NCBI GenBank assembly: GCA_963745845.1
Contig: CAVUZE010000007.1
Location: forward strand, 130,672 to 194,671
DNA length: 64,000 nt
Direction of reading: 5' to 3'
Source: an uncultured Acidobacteriaceae bacterium
GTDB lineage: Bacteria; Acidobacteriota; Terriglobia; Terriglobales; Acidobacteriaceae
The notes under the pieces are model-generated. The model had not been told where the DNA came from. It searched no databases and saw only the letters and a program-made list of their open reading frames with translations. This document shows positions 21,732 through 30,727 of this stretch, piece by piece; position 1 is the stretch's first letter, and the number at the start of each line of letters is the position of its first letter. The position numbers and the translations under genes are program-made.

Positions 21732-23948
21732 CTACGGGGATGTACTTGTCTTCGTAGGTGCGTCTGGCTTCGCTGGCTCCGTTCCAAAGGCCTTGTCGAG
21801 GAATTCCACCACGCGCTGCCGCGCATCGTATCCATGCCATGGTTCGGGCGAAGGCCTCCCAAACATCCCGATCGCGAGCGGCCCGTGGTCCTCGCGCGGA
21901 TACGTCACGAGCTCGACAGGCACGCCTTCCTGCCGCAGCGCACGATACATCTCCTCGGACTGGCCCAGCGGATCGGTGACATCGCTTTGCCCCTGGAGAA
22001 GCATGAAGGGCGTTTTAGCTTTTGCCGCGCCGGCCAGCGGGCTCTGCCGCCACGCGTCTTCTAAATGCTCCCATGGCTTGCCGAAATACCAGCGGTCGTA
22101 CCACGACCCGCGCTCGGTGCCGTATTCACTGAATTGGTCAATTACGGGCGCGCCGCTGATGATGGCCTTGAAGCGATCAGTCTTTCCTTCAACAAATGCC
22201 GCCATCTCGCCGCCATAGCTGTAGCCCATCAGCGCCATCTTCGACGAATCGAGTGGATACTTCACCAGCACGGCATCCACGCCCGCCATTACGTCGCGGT
22301 AGTCGCCGCCGCCGAGGTCGTTCTTGTTGGCCGCGGCAAACTTTACTCCGTAATTCGACGAGCCGCGCGGATTGGGCCGCAGCACGGCCCATCCGTGGCC
22401 GACGAGAAACGCGACAAACGCATCATTCCTATTCTCAAACGCGCCGAACGGGCCCCCATGCACATCCACGATCAGCGGAACCTTTTTGGAGCCCGTATCC
22501 GGCGGTAGATACAGCAGCCCCTCAATCGTGAATCCGTCGCTCTTCCACTGCACCAGCTCCGGCTCGACAAAGCGCAAACCGGCTGGAGCCAGCTCCGGAA
22601 TTGGCAGCGCCGTGCACGCATCACCCAGTTGCCGCGCGTAGCAAAGTTTCTGCGGTTGTCCGCCACTTTCTGCCAACCAAAGCCAACCCGTCTGCTTGCG
22701 ATTCGTATTGAGGGCAGTGACCATGGGCGCTCTAAGATCGATCGGCTGGGGAGGCTTGCTTCCGTCTAGCGCGAGACGCACCGGCGAGGTGTGGGTGCCG
22801 ATAGCGGCCTGCGCGATCACCGAGCCGCCGGGCGAGAAGTAAAGCGCCGACCCATTCAGCTGCCCCGCGAATCCCGTGGACAAGGGCACGACTTTGGGGC
22901 CGGAGGATTCCCTGGGAAGGGCGTAGATTTCGTCGTAGCCGGGCGGCGCGTCTTCATCGGTCTGCGCAGCAAATACGATGGTGCTCTCGTCGTGCGAGAA
23001 GGCGGCGCCGCCGACCGTGGGGGGAACGGAGTTGAGCTTTTGTGGCTTATCGGGGGTCGACGCATCGACGACGAAGGCTTGTCGGGAGGGGCCGAGGTCG
23101 GAGAGATCGTTGGGCGGCTCGGTGATGACGAGAAGACGGTCTGCAGCCTGGGACCAGACGACAGTGCTCACATCGGGTTCGATGCCGACGGCCTTTAACG
23201 CTCCATCCAGCGTTCCATCCGTTTTCAGCGCGGCCAGATAGAGGCGTGTGCCGTGCTTCTCATGATTTACCCATGAAGCATCGGCCTTCGCGTCGCTCTG
23301 TTTCTTCTCACCCGGCGTCTGCGGATCGCGCGCCCACACTGCGAGCCATTTGCCGTCATCTGATATTGCGAAACCCGACGGCTCAAGCGCAACCTCTTCG
23401 GGGGTGGCATCCTTCTTCGCCGCATCGCCCGCTGGCTTTTCATCGGTCTTCTTCTCGTCCTTCTTTTCCGCGCCGGGCGGGGGAATCGCATTCTTCTCTT
23501 TCGATTCGTCCACCGTGGGCACGATTTTCAAGTCGTAGGGCGCCGCTTCGCCGCCGCGCAGATCCAGCCGAAACAACTCCGTGTGTTCATCGCGGTGCGC
23601 GAGGAAGAAGATGGCGGACCCATCGGGCGCCCATTGCGGATTGCGCTCCCCACGCTTGTCGGCGGGCGGCGAAAACGTCAATTGCCGCGCCTTTTCCGAG
23701 CCGCTCGTTGCAACCGCCCACACGTGCGCCTTGGCTCCATCCGCCGTTGCATCCACTACCGTGAAGAGCGCTTGCTTGCCATCGGGCGAGAGTTGCGGCC
23801 CGCCGATCGATTTCAAATGGCGCAGGTCATCCGTGGTGGGAAAATGCAAAGCCGGGGCCTGTTCAGCCGGCAGACTGCAAGCGGGATTCAAAAGAAGCGA
23901 GACGCAGAAAGCCAGAACGTGGCAGACACGGCGCAGGCAAGAAAGCAT
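21732..23948 (-). CDS. Secreted S9-family peptidase (acylaminoacyl/dipeptidyl peptidase-like)
   Basis: Signal peptide, beta-propeller, VHGGP, NPRGS, GYSYGG nucleophile, SD..DP and REDHG. Confidence 0.92.
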   Translation of the reverse strand: MLSCLRRVCHVLAFCVSLLLNPACSLPAEQAPALHFPTTDDLRHLKSIGGPQLSPDGKQALFTVVDATADGAKAHVWAVATSGSEKARQLTFSPPADKRGERNPQWAPDGSAIFFLAHRDEHTELFRLDLRGGEAAPYDLKIVPTVDESKEKNAIPPPGAEKKDEKKTDEKPAGDAAKKDATPEEVALEPSGFAISDDGKWLAVWARDPQTPGEKKQSDAKADASWVNHEKHGTRLYLAALKTDGTLDGALKAVGIEPDVSTVVWSQAADRLLVITEPPNDLSDLGPSRQAFVVDASTPDKPQKLNSVPPTVGGAAFSHDESTIVFAAQTDEDAPPGYDEIYALPRESSGPKVVPLSTGFAGQLNGSALYFSPGGSVIAQAAIGTHTSPVRLALDGSKPPQPIDLRAPMVTALNTNRKQTGWLWLAESGGQPQKLCYARQLGDACTALPIPELAPAGLRFVEPELVQWKSDGFTIEGLLYLPPDTGSKKVPLIVDVHGGPFGAFENRNDAFVAFLVGHGWAVLRPNPRGSSNYGVKFAAANKNDLGGGDYRDVMAGVDAVLVKYPLDSSKMALMGYSYGGEMAAFVEGKTDRFKAIISGAPVIDQFSEYGTERGSWYDRWYFGKPWEHLEDAWRQSPLAGAAKAKTPFMLLQGQSDVTDPLGQSEEMYRALRQEGVPVELVTYPREDHGPLAIGMFGRPSPEPWHGYDARQRVVEFLDKAFGTEPAKPDAPTKTSTSP

Positions 23949-24060
23949 GCGGTCAGAATACACAATGCTGATTCCGCAGGACCAAAATGCGAAGGCCGCC
24001 CATTGAGCGGCCTGCATTCGAATGCCAATTCCAACGACTCCAGCGTGCTTGTTGCTGCAT

Positions 24061-24669
24061 CTAGCGCGCTTGTTGTTGCACCGGCGGGCGCGGCGCAGAG
24101 GGCGGCGCCTGTTGTGCTGGCTTCGGCTTTGCCCCTTCCTTCTTCGACGGCGCCAGGATGGCGTGCAGGATGGTTCCTTCCATGCGCGGCATAAACTCCA
24201 CCGTCCCCGCTTCGCCGATATCTTGAATCAGCCGGTTGATGATGGCGTATCCCAGTTCGCGGTGGGCCATCTGGCGGCCACGGAAGCGCAGGCTGGCCTT
24301 CACCTTGTCGCCTTCATTCAAAAAGCGCACAGCCTGGTTCTTCTTGGTCTGGTAGTCGTGCTCGTCCACCGTGACCGAAAACTTGACTTCCTTGATGGTG
24401 ATGACCTTTTGCTTCTTGCGGGCGGCGCGCTCGCTCTTCTCTTTTTCGTAGAGGAAGCGGCCGTAGTCCTGAATGCGGCAAACGGGTGGAACGGCGGTGG
24501 GCGAAACTTCCACCAGATCGAGCCCGCGCTCGCGGGCGATCTTCAACGCCTCAAAAGGAGGCAGGATTCCCAGTTGTTCGCCGTTTTCGTCGATGACGCG
24601 AATCTCGCGTGCCCGGATGCGATCGTTGATGCGGATAAAAGACTTGGCCGAACGTTTATCGAGTGCGAT
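24061..24669 (-). CDS. infC: Translation initiation factor IF-3, non-AUG (ATC) start
   Basis: RINDRIRAREIRVID, DLVEVSP, IKEVKF, GDKVK; GGAGGAG SD followed by AACC-ATC at 24669. Confidence 0.95.
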   Translation of the reverse strand: MALDKRSAKSFIRINDRIRAREIRVIDENGEQLGILPPFEALKIARERGLDLVEVSPTAVPPVCRIQDYGRFLYEKEKSERAARKKQKVITIKEVKFSVTVDEHDYQTKKNQAVRFLNEGDKVKASLRFRGRQMAHRELGYAIINRLIQDIGEAGTVEFMPRMEGTILHAILAPSKKEGAKPKPAQQAPPSAPRPPVQQQAR

Positions 24670-24729
24670 GGTTCTCCTCCACTTGGGGTTCGCAGCTTCC
24701 GGTTCCGGGGCCATCCGGAACGGTAAAGG

Positions 24730-24871
24730 GGTTCCACAATTACTTTTCCCCGAAGCACCGCCGCCAAGTGGCTTTTTCCTTCCGGGGTCCCCGGCGACAG
24801 GTCTTCGTCGCTGGGGTGGAAGAAAATGCCAACTTGCACGACAGTGGAAAGGGCATGTGAATTGTGGAACC
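24730..24871 (-). promoter_or_regulatory. ~140-nt rod-like hairpin in the infC 5' leader
   Basis: Perfect 12-bp inverted repeat GGTTCCACAATT (24730-41) / AATTGTGGAACC (24860-71) enclosing further pairings and a type-A repeat at the tip. Confidence 0.6.
24784..24819 (+). repeat. Type-A REP-like hairpin
   Basis: GGGGTCCCC-GGCGAC-AGGTCTTC-GTCGCT-GGGG-TGG. Confidence 0.9.
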
Positions 24872-24898
24872 GCTCTAAAAAGCCCACGAACGCACCCT

Positions 24899-24909
24899 GA
24901 GTATAGCAT
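24899..24909 (-). promoter_or_regulatory. Extended -10 promoter for infC
   Basis: TG-C-TATACT on the minus strand ~30 nt upstream of the rod hairpin. Confidence 0.55.
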
Positions 24910-24938
24910 TGGTTTGGTTGCAGCCGCGCCAGGTTTGG

Positions 24939-24956
24939 GCGCAAAGAGGGTGGGAA
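24939..24956. repeat. Half (right arm) of a type-B palindrome
   Basis: GCGCAAAGAGGGTGGGAA resembles GCGCGAAAGGGTGGGAG at 25851-67. Confidence 0.4.
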
Positions 24957-26582
24957 TCAATCCGCGGCAAACGACTCCGAAATTGCTGAAAGCTCCTTCG
25001 CTTCAACACTCGACAAGTTACCCTGTGCATCGATTCCGGTAACGCGCACTCGGACGCTTTGATTGGCGGGGAGGGATCCATCCACCTCGACCGGCAGAAA
25101 ATTCTCGGTCAACGCTGAAGTCCGGCCCAACTGGGCCAGCGCCTCCGGGGTGTGCAGAGTGATCGCGTCGAGTTCCTGGCCCACAAATGCTTGCCGGTGC
25201 GCCAGGCTCTTTTCCGCAGCCAAGGCGCGCATTGCAGCCATGCGCTCTACGACGACCTCGACAGCAACAGGGTCCGCTGCATGCAATGCCCAGGCGCGCG
25301 TTCCGGGCCGCGGCGAAAATGGGAACAGGTGCAGATAGCCGAAAGGCAGCGCGCGCACAAATTCGAGTGTCTCCTCGAACTCGGCATCCGTTTCGCCGGG
25401 AAAGCCCACCATGACATCGGCGCCGAGGGTTAACTCAGGTCCCGCGGCTCGCACCAACGCCGCAACTTTTTCGGCATAGTGCCACGGCCGGTAGCGCCGG
25501 TGCATGCGTCGCAGCACTGCGTCCGACCCGGATTGCAAAGGCAGATGCGCATGACGAGCCAGACGAGCACCCCAGCTCCCCGGACCTGTCGTTGGGGCTC
25601 CTGGCTTACCCTGCCGATGAATGGGATTCGCCGACCGCGCAGGTCCGCCGAACTCCGCCATCAGGCCGATCAACTCGGCATCCCAATCCATCGGCTCAAT
25701 CGAGCTCAATCGCAGCCGCGGCAATTCTGTTTGCGCAAAGATTTGCCGCACCAGGCTGGCTAGCGATGCAGGCGTCGCGGCCGAACTCCGTGCCCCATCC
25801 TTTCGGCTCACCGGGGTCCCCGCGGACAGGTCCTCGTCCGTGGGGTGGTCGCGCGAAAGGGTGGGAGACCACGCATCTCGAATTTCATTTGTCTCGCCTG
25901 CAACTGCAAGGTCCCGTCCCCACCGGCCTAAATTAATGCCGGAGAGGACCAGCTCGATTCCGCCTGCCGCAACAAATCCCTCTACCTGCCGCATCACGGC
26001 CGCGCCGGGCAGACTTCTAGACGAGCCTCTCGTTTGCGGGATGACGCAGAACGAGCACCGGTTTCCGCAGCCTTCCTGGATCTTCAAATTCGGCCGGGTC
26101 TGCGCGCCGGGAACCACCTGTGCTTCGGCTAAAAACGAATGGGCGAAAGAATCATCGGCAAGAATGAGAGGCGAACCGCTGCCCGCGATCAACGATGCCA
26201 TGCTCACTAGTCCTGCATTCGACGCAATCGCATCTTGCCCAGTCACTAGCCCGAGAGCAATCTTCGGCACGGATGCTTTGTGGCTGTTGCCCACAACCGC
26301 CGCGACTCCAGCCAATGCCGCCAGTTCCTCAGGCGCCCGCTGCGCATAGCAGCCCGTCGCCACAATCCGCGCCTCGGGATTGAGCCGGTGGGCTCGGCGA
26401 ATAAACGCGCGCGCTTCACGATCGGCTTCGGCGGTCACACTGCATGTGTTCACGACGATCACATCGGCTTGCTGGGCCTGCCGTTCCGAACATCCGGACG
26501 CGTTCAATTGCGCGGCAATTGCCTCGCCATCGGCCCGGGCCGCGCGGCAGCCGAAGTTCTCAATGTGAAACGAAGATCCCAC
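24957..26582 (-). CDS. mtaB: tRNA t6A37 methylthiotransferase MtaB (radical SAM) with two repeat-derived in-frame insertions
   Basis: ENFGC, VNTCSVT, TGCYAQ, KIQEGCGNRCSFCVIP (CxxxCxxC), HLPLQSGSD, DVMVGFPGE, FPFSPRPGT; GTG start at 26582. Confidence 0.9.
   Translation of the reverse strand: MGSSFHIENFGCRAARADGEAIAAQLNASGCSERQAQQADVIVVNTCSVTAEADREARAFIRRAHRLNPEARIVATGCYAQRAPEELAALAGVAAVVGNSHKASVPKIALGLVTGQDAIASNAGLVSMASLIAGSGSPLILADDSFAHSFLAEAQVVPGAQTRPNLKIQEGCGNRCSFCVIPQTRGSSRSLPGAAVMRQVEGFVAAGGIELVLSGINLGRWGRDLAVAGETNEIRDAWSPTLSRDHPTDEDLSAGTPVSRKDGARSSAATPASLASLVRQIFAQTELPRLRLSSIEPMDWDAELIGLMAEFGGPARSANPIHRQGKPGAPTTGPGSWGARLARHAHLPLQSGSDAVLRRMHRRYRPWHYAEKVAALVRAAGPELTLGADVMVGFPGETDAEFEETLEFVRALPFGYLHLFPFSPRPGTRAWALHAADPVAVEVVVERMAAMRALAAEKSLAHRQAFVGQELDAITLHTPEALAQLGRTSALTENFLPVEVDGSLPANQSVRVRVTGIDAQGNLSSVEAKELSAISESFAAD
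25567..25601 (-). repeat. Degenerate type-A repeat inside mtaB
   Basis: Minus strand GGAGCCCC-AACGAC-AGGTCCGG-GGAGCT-GGGG-TGC; encodes GAPTTGPGSWGA. Confidence 0.65.
25790..25872. repeat. Composite type-B palindrome carrying a nested type-A hairpin (25813-25848), inside mtaB
   Basis: GTGCCCCATCCTTTCG ... GGGGTCCCC-GCGGAC-AGGTCCTC-GTCCGT-GGGGTGG ... CGAAAGGGTGGGAGACCAC; read as WSPTLSRDHPTDEDLSAGTPVSRKDGAR. Confidence 0.85.
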
Positions 26583-26699
26583 AAAACCAGTGTAGGACAA
26601 TGCGCAAACCGGGGTGGCGTTGACCCGAACTCTGGCCCACACATCGCGAGGGCGATATCACAATCCTCCTTCAATTCCTGTGCTAGACTCCCTCACGTT

Positions 26700-28307
26700 A
26701 TGCGAATCCATGCTGCTCTGTTGCAAGTTTTCCTGGCCTCTGCTGCTATTGTGCCGGCTGTCCTGTTCGCGCAAGAAAACTCCGCTCCTCACCTCGAGAA
26801 ACGCGGTGCGGCGACCCAGCTTTTCGTTGATGGCAAGCCCTTCCTGATCCTTGGGGGCGAGTTGCACAACTCTTCTTCCTCCAGCCTCGATTACATGAAA
26901 CCGCTTTGGTCCGAACTCGCCGGTATGGGCCTCAACACCGTCGTCACGCCGCTCAGTTGGGAACTCGTCGAGCCCGTGGAAGGCAAATACGATTTCACGC
27001 TCGTTGACGGTCTTCTCGATCAAGCGCGCCAGGAGCATACGCGCATCGTCTTTCTCTGGCTCGCTTCGTGGAAAAACGGCATGTCCAGCTATGCCCCTGT
27101 CTGGGTCAAGCAAGACACGCGGCGTTTCCCGCGAGTGGTTGAAAATGGCGCCGAGGTCGAAGTCCTGAGCCCGCAGGGAACTGCGACAGAAGAGGCCGAT
27201 GCGCGTGCCTTTGCCGCACTGATGCAGCACATCAAAGAAGCTGATAGCCGCGATCACACCGTGCTCATGATGCAGATCGAAAATGAAGTCGGAGTTCTCG
27301 GCGATACGCGCGACCACTCCGCAGCGGCAAACCGCGCTTTTGCCTCTCCAGTGCCCGCCGAGTTGACCCGCTATCTGCAGGCGCACCGCGACACCCTCTA
27401 CCCATCGCTCCGCGCGCTCTGGGATCCGAATGGCGACAAAACCTCGGGGACATGGGCCGAAGTCTTCGGCGATACCGAACGCGCCGACGAGCTTTTCATG
27501 GCTTGGCACTACGCCCACTTCGTTCAGTCCGTCACGGCGCGTGGCAAGGCAGCCTACGACATTCCGATGTATGTCAATACCTGGCTCGCTGGCGACGACT
27601 CGACACCGGGAAATTACCCCAGCGGCGGTCCCGAGCCGTGGGTCATCGACGTCTGGAAGGCTGCGGGCTCCGCAATCGACTTCTATTCACCCGACCTCTA
27701 CGACCCGAACTTCGCCCTGTGGTGCAAGCGTTATCACCGCGACGGTAACCCGCTCTTCATGCCCGAAACCCGAGGCGGCGCAGCTGGTGCGGCCAATGTC
27801 TTCTACGCGCTCGGCGAGGAGGCTGGATTTGGTTTTTCTCCTTTCGGCATCGAAAGCGAAATCGACGCGAAGGGCGATCTGGCCGCAAGCTACACGCTGC
27901 TTGCGAAACTGTCCCCGCTGATCGCGCGACACCAGAGCGACGGCACCATCCATGGTTTCGTTCTCGACCACAGCCGTCCGTCCGTCGACTTCACCATGAG
28001 CGGCTACACGCTCCACGTCACGCTGGATGAGATCTTTGACAGTCACTCCGAGACGGGCTACGGAATCGTTATGGCGACTGGCCCCGAAGAGTTTCTTGGA
28101 GCCGGCAAAGGATTCCGTGTTTCCTTTATTCCGCGTTCCGGCAAGCCAGTGGGCATCGCCGCTGTCGACGAAGGAAGCTTCGGCGATGACGGTAAATGGA
28201 TTCCCGGACGGCGTCTCAACGGCGACGAAAATGACCAAGGGAAAGGCTGGCGCTTTGATTCACTCGGGTTGAAAATTGAAAAGGCGGCACTCTACCGGTT
28301 TGAGTAA
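26700..28307 (+). CDS. Secreted GH35/GH42-like beta-galactosidase with DUF5597-type C-terminus
   Basis: Signal peptide; VDGKPFLILGGELHNSSSS, MQIENEVG (acid/base Glu), LFMPET (nucleophile Glu). Confidence 0.8.
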   Translation: MRIHAALLQVFLASAAIVPAVLFAQENSAPHLEKRGAATQLFVDGKPFLILGGELHNSSSSSLDYMKPLWSELAGMGLNTVVTPLSWELVEPVEGKYDFTLVDGLLDQARQEHTRIVFLWLASWKNGMSSYAPVWVKQDTRRFPRVVENGAEVEVLSPQGTATEEADARAFAALMQHIKEADSRDHTVLMMQIENEVGVLGDTRDHSAAANRAFASPVPAELTRYLQAHRDTLYPSLRALWDPNGDKTSGTWAEVFGDTERADELFMAWHYAHFVQSVTARGKAAYDIPMYVNTWLAGDDSTPGNYPSGGPEPWVIDVWKAAGSAIDFYSPDLYDPNFALWCKRYHRDGNPLFMPETRGGAAGAANVFYALGEEAGFGFSPFGIESEIDAKGDLAASYTLLAKLSPLIARHQSDGTIHGFVLDHSRPSVDFTMSGYTLHVTLDEIFDSHSETGYGIVMATGPEEFLGAGKGFRVSFIPRSGKPVGIAAVDEGSFGDDGKWIPGRRLNGDENDQGKGWRFDSLGLKIEKAALYRFE

Positions 28308-28400
28308 GCAATCTCGAACCGTAGGTGGCGGCCTGAGTTCGACTTGCTTGTGGTTGCCGGCCTTCTGTCCACGCATTGGATTCCCCAAGGAGGCTTCTCA

Positions 28401-29111
28401 ATGAACACCCTTGGAATTCGACTCTCTACGCTCGGGCTACTGCTTTGGATAATCCCCTGGGCCGCGCGGGCGCAGATGCCTGCGAAGAAAATTGCCGTGA
28501 GCAGCGGAAACCTTTGTGTGACAGAGGGCGCAGTCGTGAACGGCGCCGGAGATCGCCTGACCGTCGACTCTCCGAAAATGCGCGCGTATGTGAATGCCTG
28601 GACTTCGCAGGCGATCGAGGCGAAGTTCACCTATCTCGGCCCAACAGCCGAAGAATCGAAACTGGGTTCGGGCGAAATACGGCGACAGTTCGGCCTCAAG
28701 TTGCGCGCTCAGAATGCTTGCAATCTTGTGTACGCCATGTGGCGCATCGAGCCCGAGTCGAAAATCGTCGTGTCAATCAAGAGGAATCCCGACCAGACCA
28801 GGAGTTCGGAGTGCGGAAACCGAGGCTACCAGAACATCAAGCCTCAACACGCGGCTGCTGTGCCCGCTTTGCGGCCGGGCGAGACCCATAAACTGACTGC
28901 GGAGCTGGATGGCGAAGAACTGCATGTGTTTGTCGACAGTCGCGGCGTTTGGGAGGGAAGCCTTGGTCCGGAGGCGCAGAATCTGAATGGGCCTGTAGGG
29001 ATTCGCTCGGACAACGCCAGGCTCGCATTCGACCTGAAGGCTGGAGCAATGGCGGGAATGCACCCGGATTTCAAGATCGCCTGCAAATCCGGTCCAGAGG
29101 CATCGGACTGA
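28401..29111 (+). CDS. Secreted hypothetical protein, possibly concanavalin-like beta-sandwich
   Basis: AAGGAGG SD; signal peptide ending ARA-Q; beta-rich with G.VGIRSDN near the C-terminus; four Cys. Confidence 0.6.
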   Translation: MNTLGIRLSTLGLLLWIIPWAARAQMPAKKIAVSSGNLCVTEGAVVNGAGDRLTVDSPKMRAYVNAWTSQAIEAKFTYLGPTAEESKLGSGEIRRQFGLKLRAQNACNLVYAMWRIEPESKIVVSIKRNPDQTRSSECGNRGYQNIKPQHAAAVPALRPGETHKLTAELDGEELHVFVDSRGVWEGSLGPEAQNLNGPVGIRSDNARLAFDLKAGAMAGMHPDFKIACKSGPEASD

Positions 29112-29279
29112 GGCTCTGGCGCCTGAGACGTGTCTTTTGGGCGCTTCCTCGGTCCTCGATGCGCGGTAGCGGGGAATCCGACCCTGGGTTATACTAAATA
29201 GAGCCTCAAAGGCGAAGGGAAGTCCCTGCGTCTATGGCTTTCTGGCGGGCCAAAGCCCTCCTCCAAGAAGAGAAAAACA

Positions 29280-29477
29280 ATGCCCAAGTTGAAAACCCAT
29301 TCGGGCGCGGCCAAGCGCTTCAGCAAGACTGGCACCGGCAAAATCAAGCGGGGCCAGACGAAGACGCGGCACATCCTTACTTCGAAGGCGCCAAAGACGA
29401 AGCGCAAGCTGGGCAAGACCCTGCTTGTCTCCGACGGCGACTACAAGAAGGTAGCGCGCATGATTCCCTACGCCTGA
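29280..29477 (+). CDS. rpmI: 50S ribosomal protein L35
   Basis: [14 protein letters not shown]. Confidence 0.98.
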   Translation: MPKLKTHSGAAKRFSKTGTGKIKRGQTKTRHILTSKAPKTKRKLGKTLLVSDGDYKKVARMIPYA

Positions 29478-29710
29478 GCACCTGCGGTGGGGCGGACCTT
29501 TGGATTGGGTTCGTGCCACAAGTGCAGATGGGCCTACGATGGCCCCCGCTGGTTGCGAAAATCGTTCGCGCCGGTGAGAGATTCAGGCCCAACGAGCGAG
29601 TCTCGAAAAAACGAGTCTCGCCAAGCGAGTGAAGAGGTTTACCGGCCAACAAAATTGGCCCTCCTGCCTCCAGCCGCTGAACCGACGCAACACAAACGGA
29701 GAAGACGAAG

Positions 29711-30079
29711 ATGCCTCGCGTAAAACGCAGTACCAAACGCAACGACCGCCGCAAAAAAATCCTTGATCGGGCGAGCGGTTACTTCCTCACTAAATCCAAG
29801 CTCTATCAGGCAGCGCAGGAAGCCGTGGAGCGCGGCCTCAAGTTTGCCTATACCGGCCGCCGCCAGAAGAAGCGCCAGTTCCGCTCCCTGTGGATCGTAC
29901 GCATCTCCGCAGCCGCCAAGCTGAATGGCACAAGCTATTCGCAATTCATCAGCGGATTGAAAAAGGCCCGCGTCGAGCTCGACCGCAAGATTCTTGCCGA
30001 CATCGCCGTCCATGACGCAGCAGGCTTTACCAAGCTGGCCGAGCAGGCCAAAGGCGCTCTGGCCAGCAAAGCAGCATAA
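29711..30079 (+). CDS. rplT: 50S ribosomal protein L20
   Basis: [35 protein letters not shown]. Confidence 0.98.
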   Translation: MPRVKRSTKRNDRRKKILDRASGYFLTKSKLYQAAQEAVERGLKFAYTGRRQKKRQFRSLWIVRISAAAKLNGTSYSQFISGLKKARVELDRKILADIAVHDAAGFTKLAEQAKGALASKAA

Positions 30080-30093
30080 AGACAACCCGGACT

Positions 30094-30128
30094 GGGGCCC
30101 CATTGACAGGTCTTCGCCGATGGGGTGG
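30094..30128 (+). repeat. Type-A REP-like hairpin
   Basis: GGGGCCCC-ATTGAC-AGGTCTTC-GCCGAT-GGGG-TGG, 14 nt after the rplT stop. Confidence 0.8.
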
Positions 30129-30228
30129 TGGAGTTGCAAACGGCCTGGAGCTCAGCTTCAGGCCGTTTCTCCGGAACACAACAAGGGCTACCCACGGAAT
30201 CTGATCGCGCATAGAATTAGCTAGGACA

Positions 30229-30414
30229 ATGAAAGTCCGAGATCTGTTGAAACTGATTGAGAAGGACGGCTGGTATCAGGCCGCACAAAAGGGAAGTCAT
30301 CGTCAGTTTAAACATCCGGTAAAGCTAGGTCGTGTCACCGTGGCGGGGCACCCTTCGCAAGAGATGGATAAGGGAACGCTCAACAGCATTCTGAAGCAGG
30401 CAGGAATGAAATGA
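30229..30414 (+). CDS. hicA: HicA toxin (mRNA interferase)
   Basis: KGSHRQFKHP..GRVTVAGH...GTLNSILKQAG. Confidence 0.93.
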   Translation: MKVRDLLKLIEKDGWYQAAQKGSHRQFKHPVKLGRVTVAGHPSQEMDKGTLNSILKQAGMK

Positions 30415-30626
30415 CTCGATATGCGGTTGTTTTCGAAAAGACCTCCACGGGTTGGAACGCCTATGCGCCTGACTTGCCGGGACTCGGTGTGGCCGCCGCG
30501 ACGATCGAAGAGACAGAAAAGCTGATCCGCGAAGGAATTGAGTTTCACATTGAGGGTCTTCGCGAAGACGGTCTGCCGATTCCCGAGGCAATGGCGCAGG
30601 TAAAGCAAATCGCCATCCCCGCGTGA
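30411..30626 (+). CDS. hicB: HicB antitoxin (short form, no obvious DNA-binding C-terminus)
   Basis: YAVVFEK...YAPDLPG...TIEE...IREGIEFHIE; 4-nt overlap with hicA. Confidence 0.9.
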   Translation: MTRYAVVFEKTSTGWNAYAPDLPGLGVAAATIEETEKLIREGIEFHIEGLREDGLPIPEAMAQVKQIAIPA

Positions 30627-30727
30627 ATTCACCCCATTTTTTCGCGCTTGCCCACATCTAAAGATCCGTACCGGTCCGCGAGCCTCCTCCCTCGCCCCGC
30701 GCTGTGGTTTATCCTGCTCCTTACGCA

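Noticed and set aside
24543-24944. 133-aa ORF containing HPSDEDLSPGTP
   Set aside because: It overlaps infC out of frame; the peptide is simply the translated type-A repeat.
24670-24960. N-terminal 97-aa extension of infC in the ORF track
   Set aside because: It runs through the leader hairpin and repeat; a strong SD with ATC at 24669 fits IF-3 length and known non-AUG initiation.
26280-26699. 140-aa upstream extension of the GH35-like ORF
   Set aside because: It overlaps mtaB on the opposite strand; the signal peptide begins at ATG 26700.
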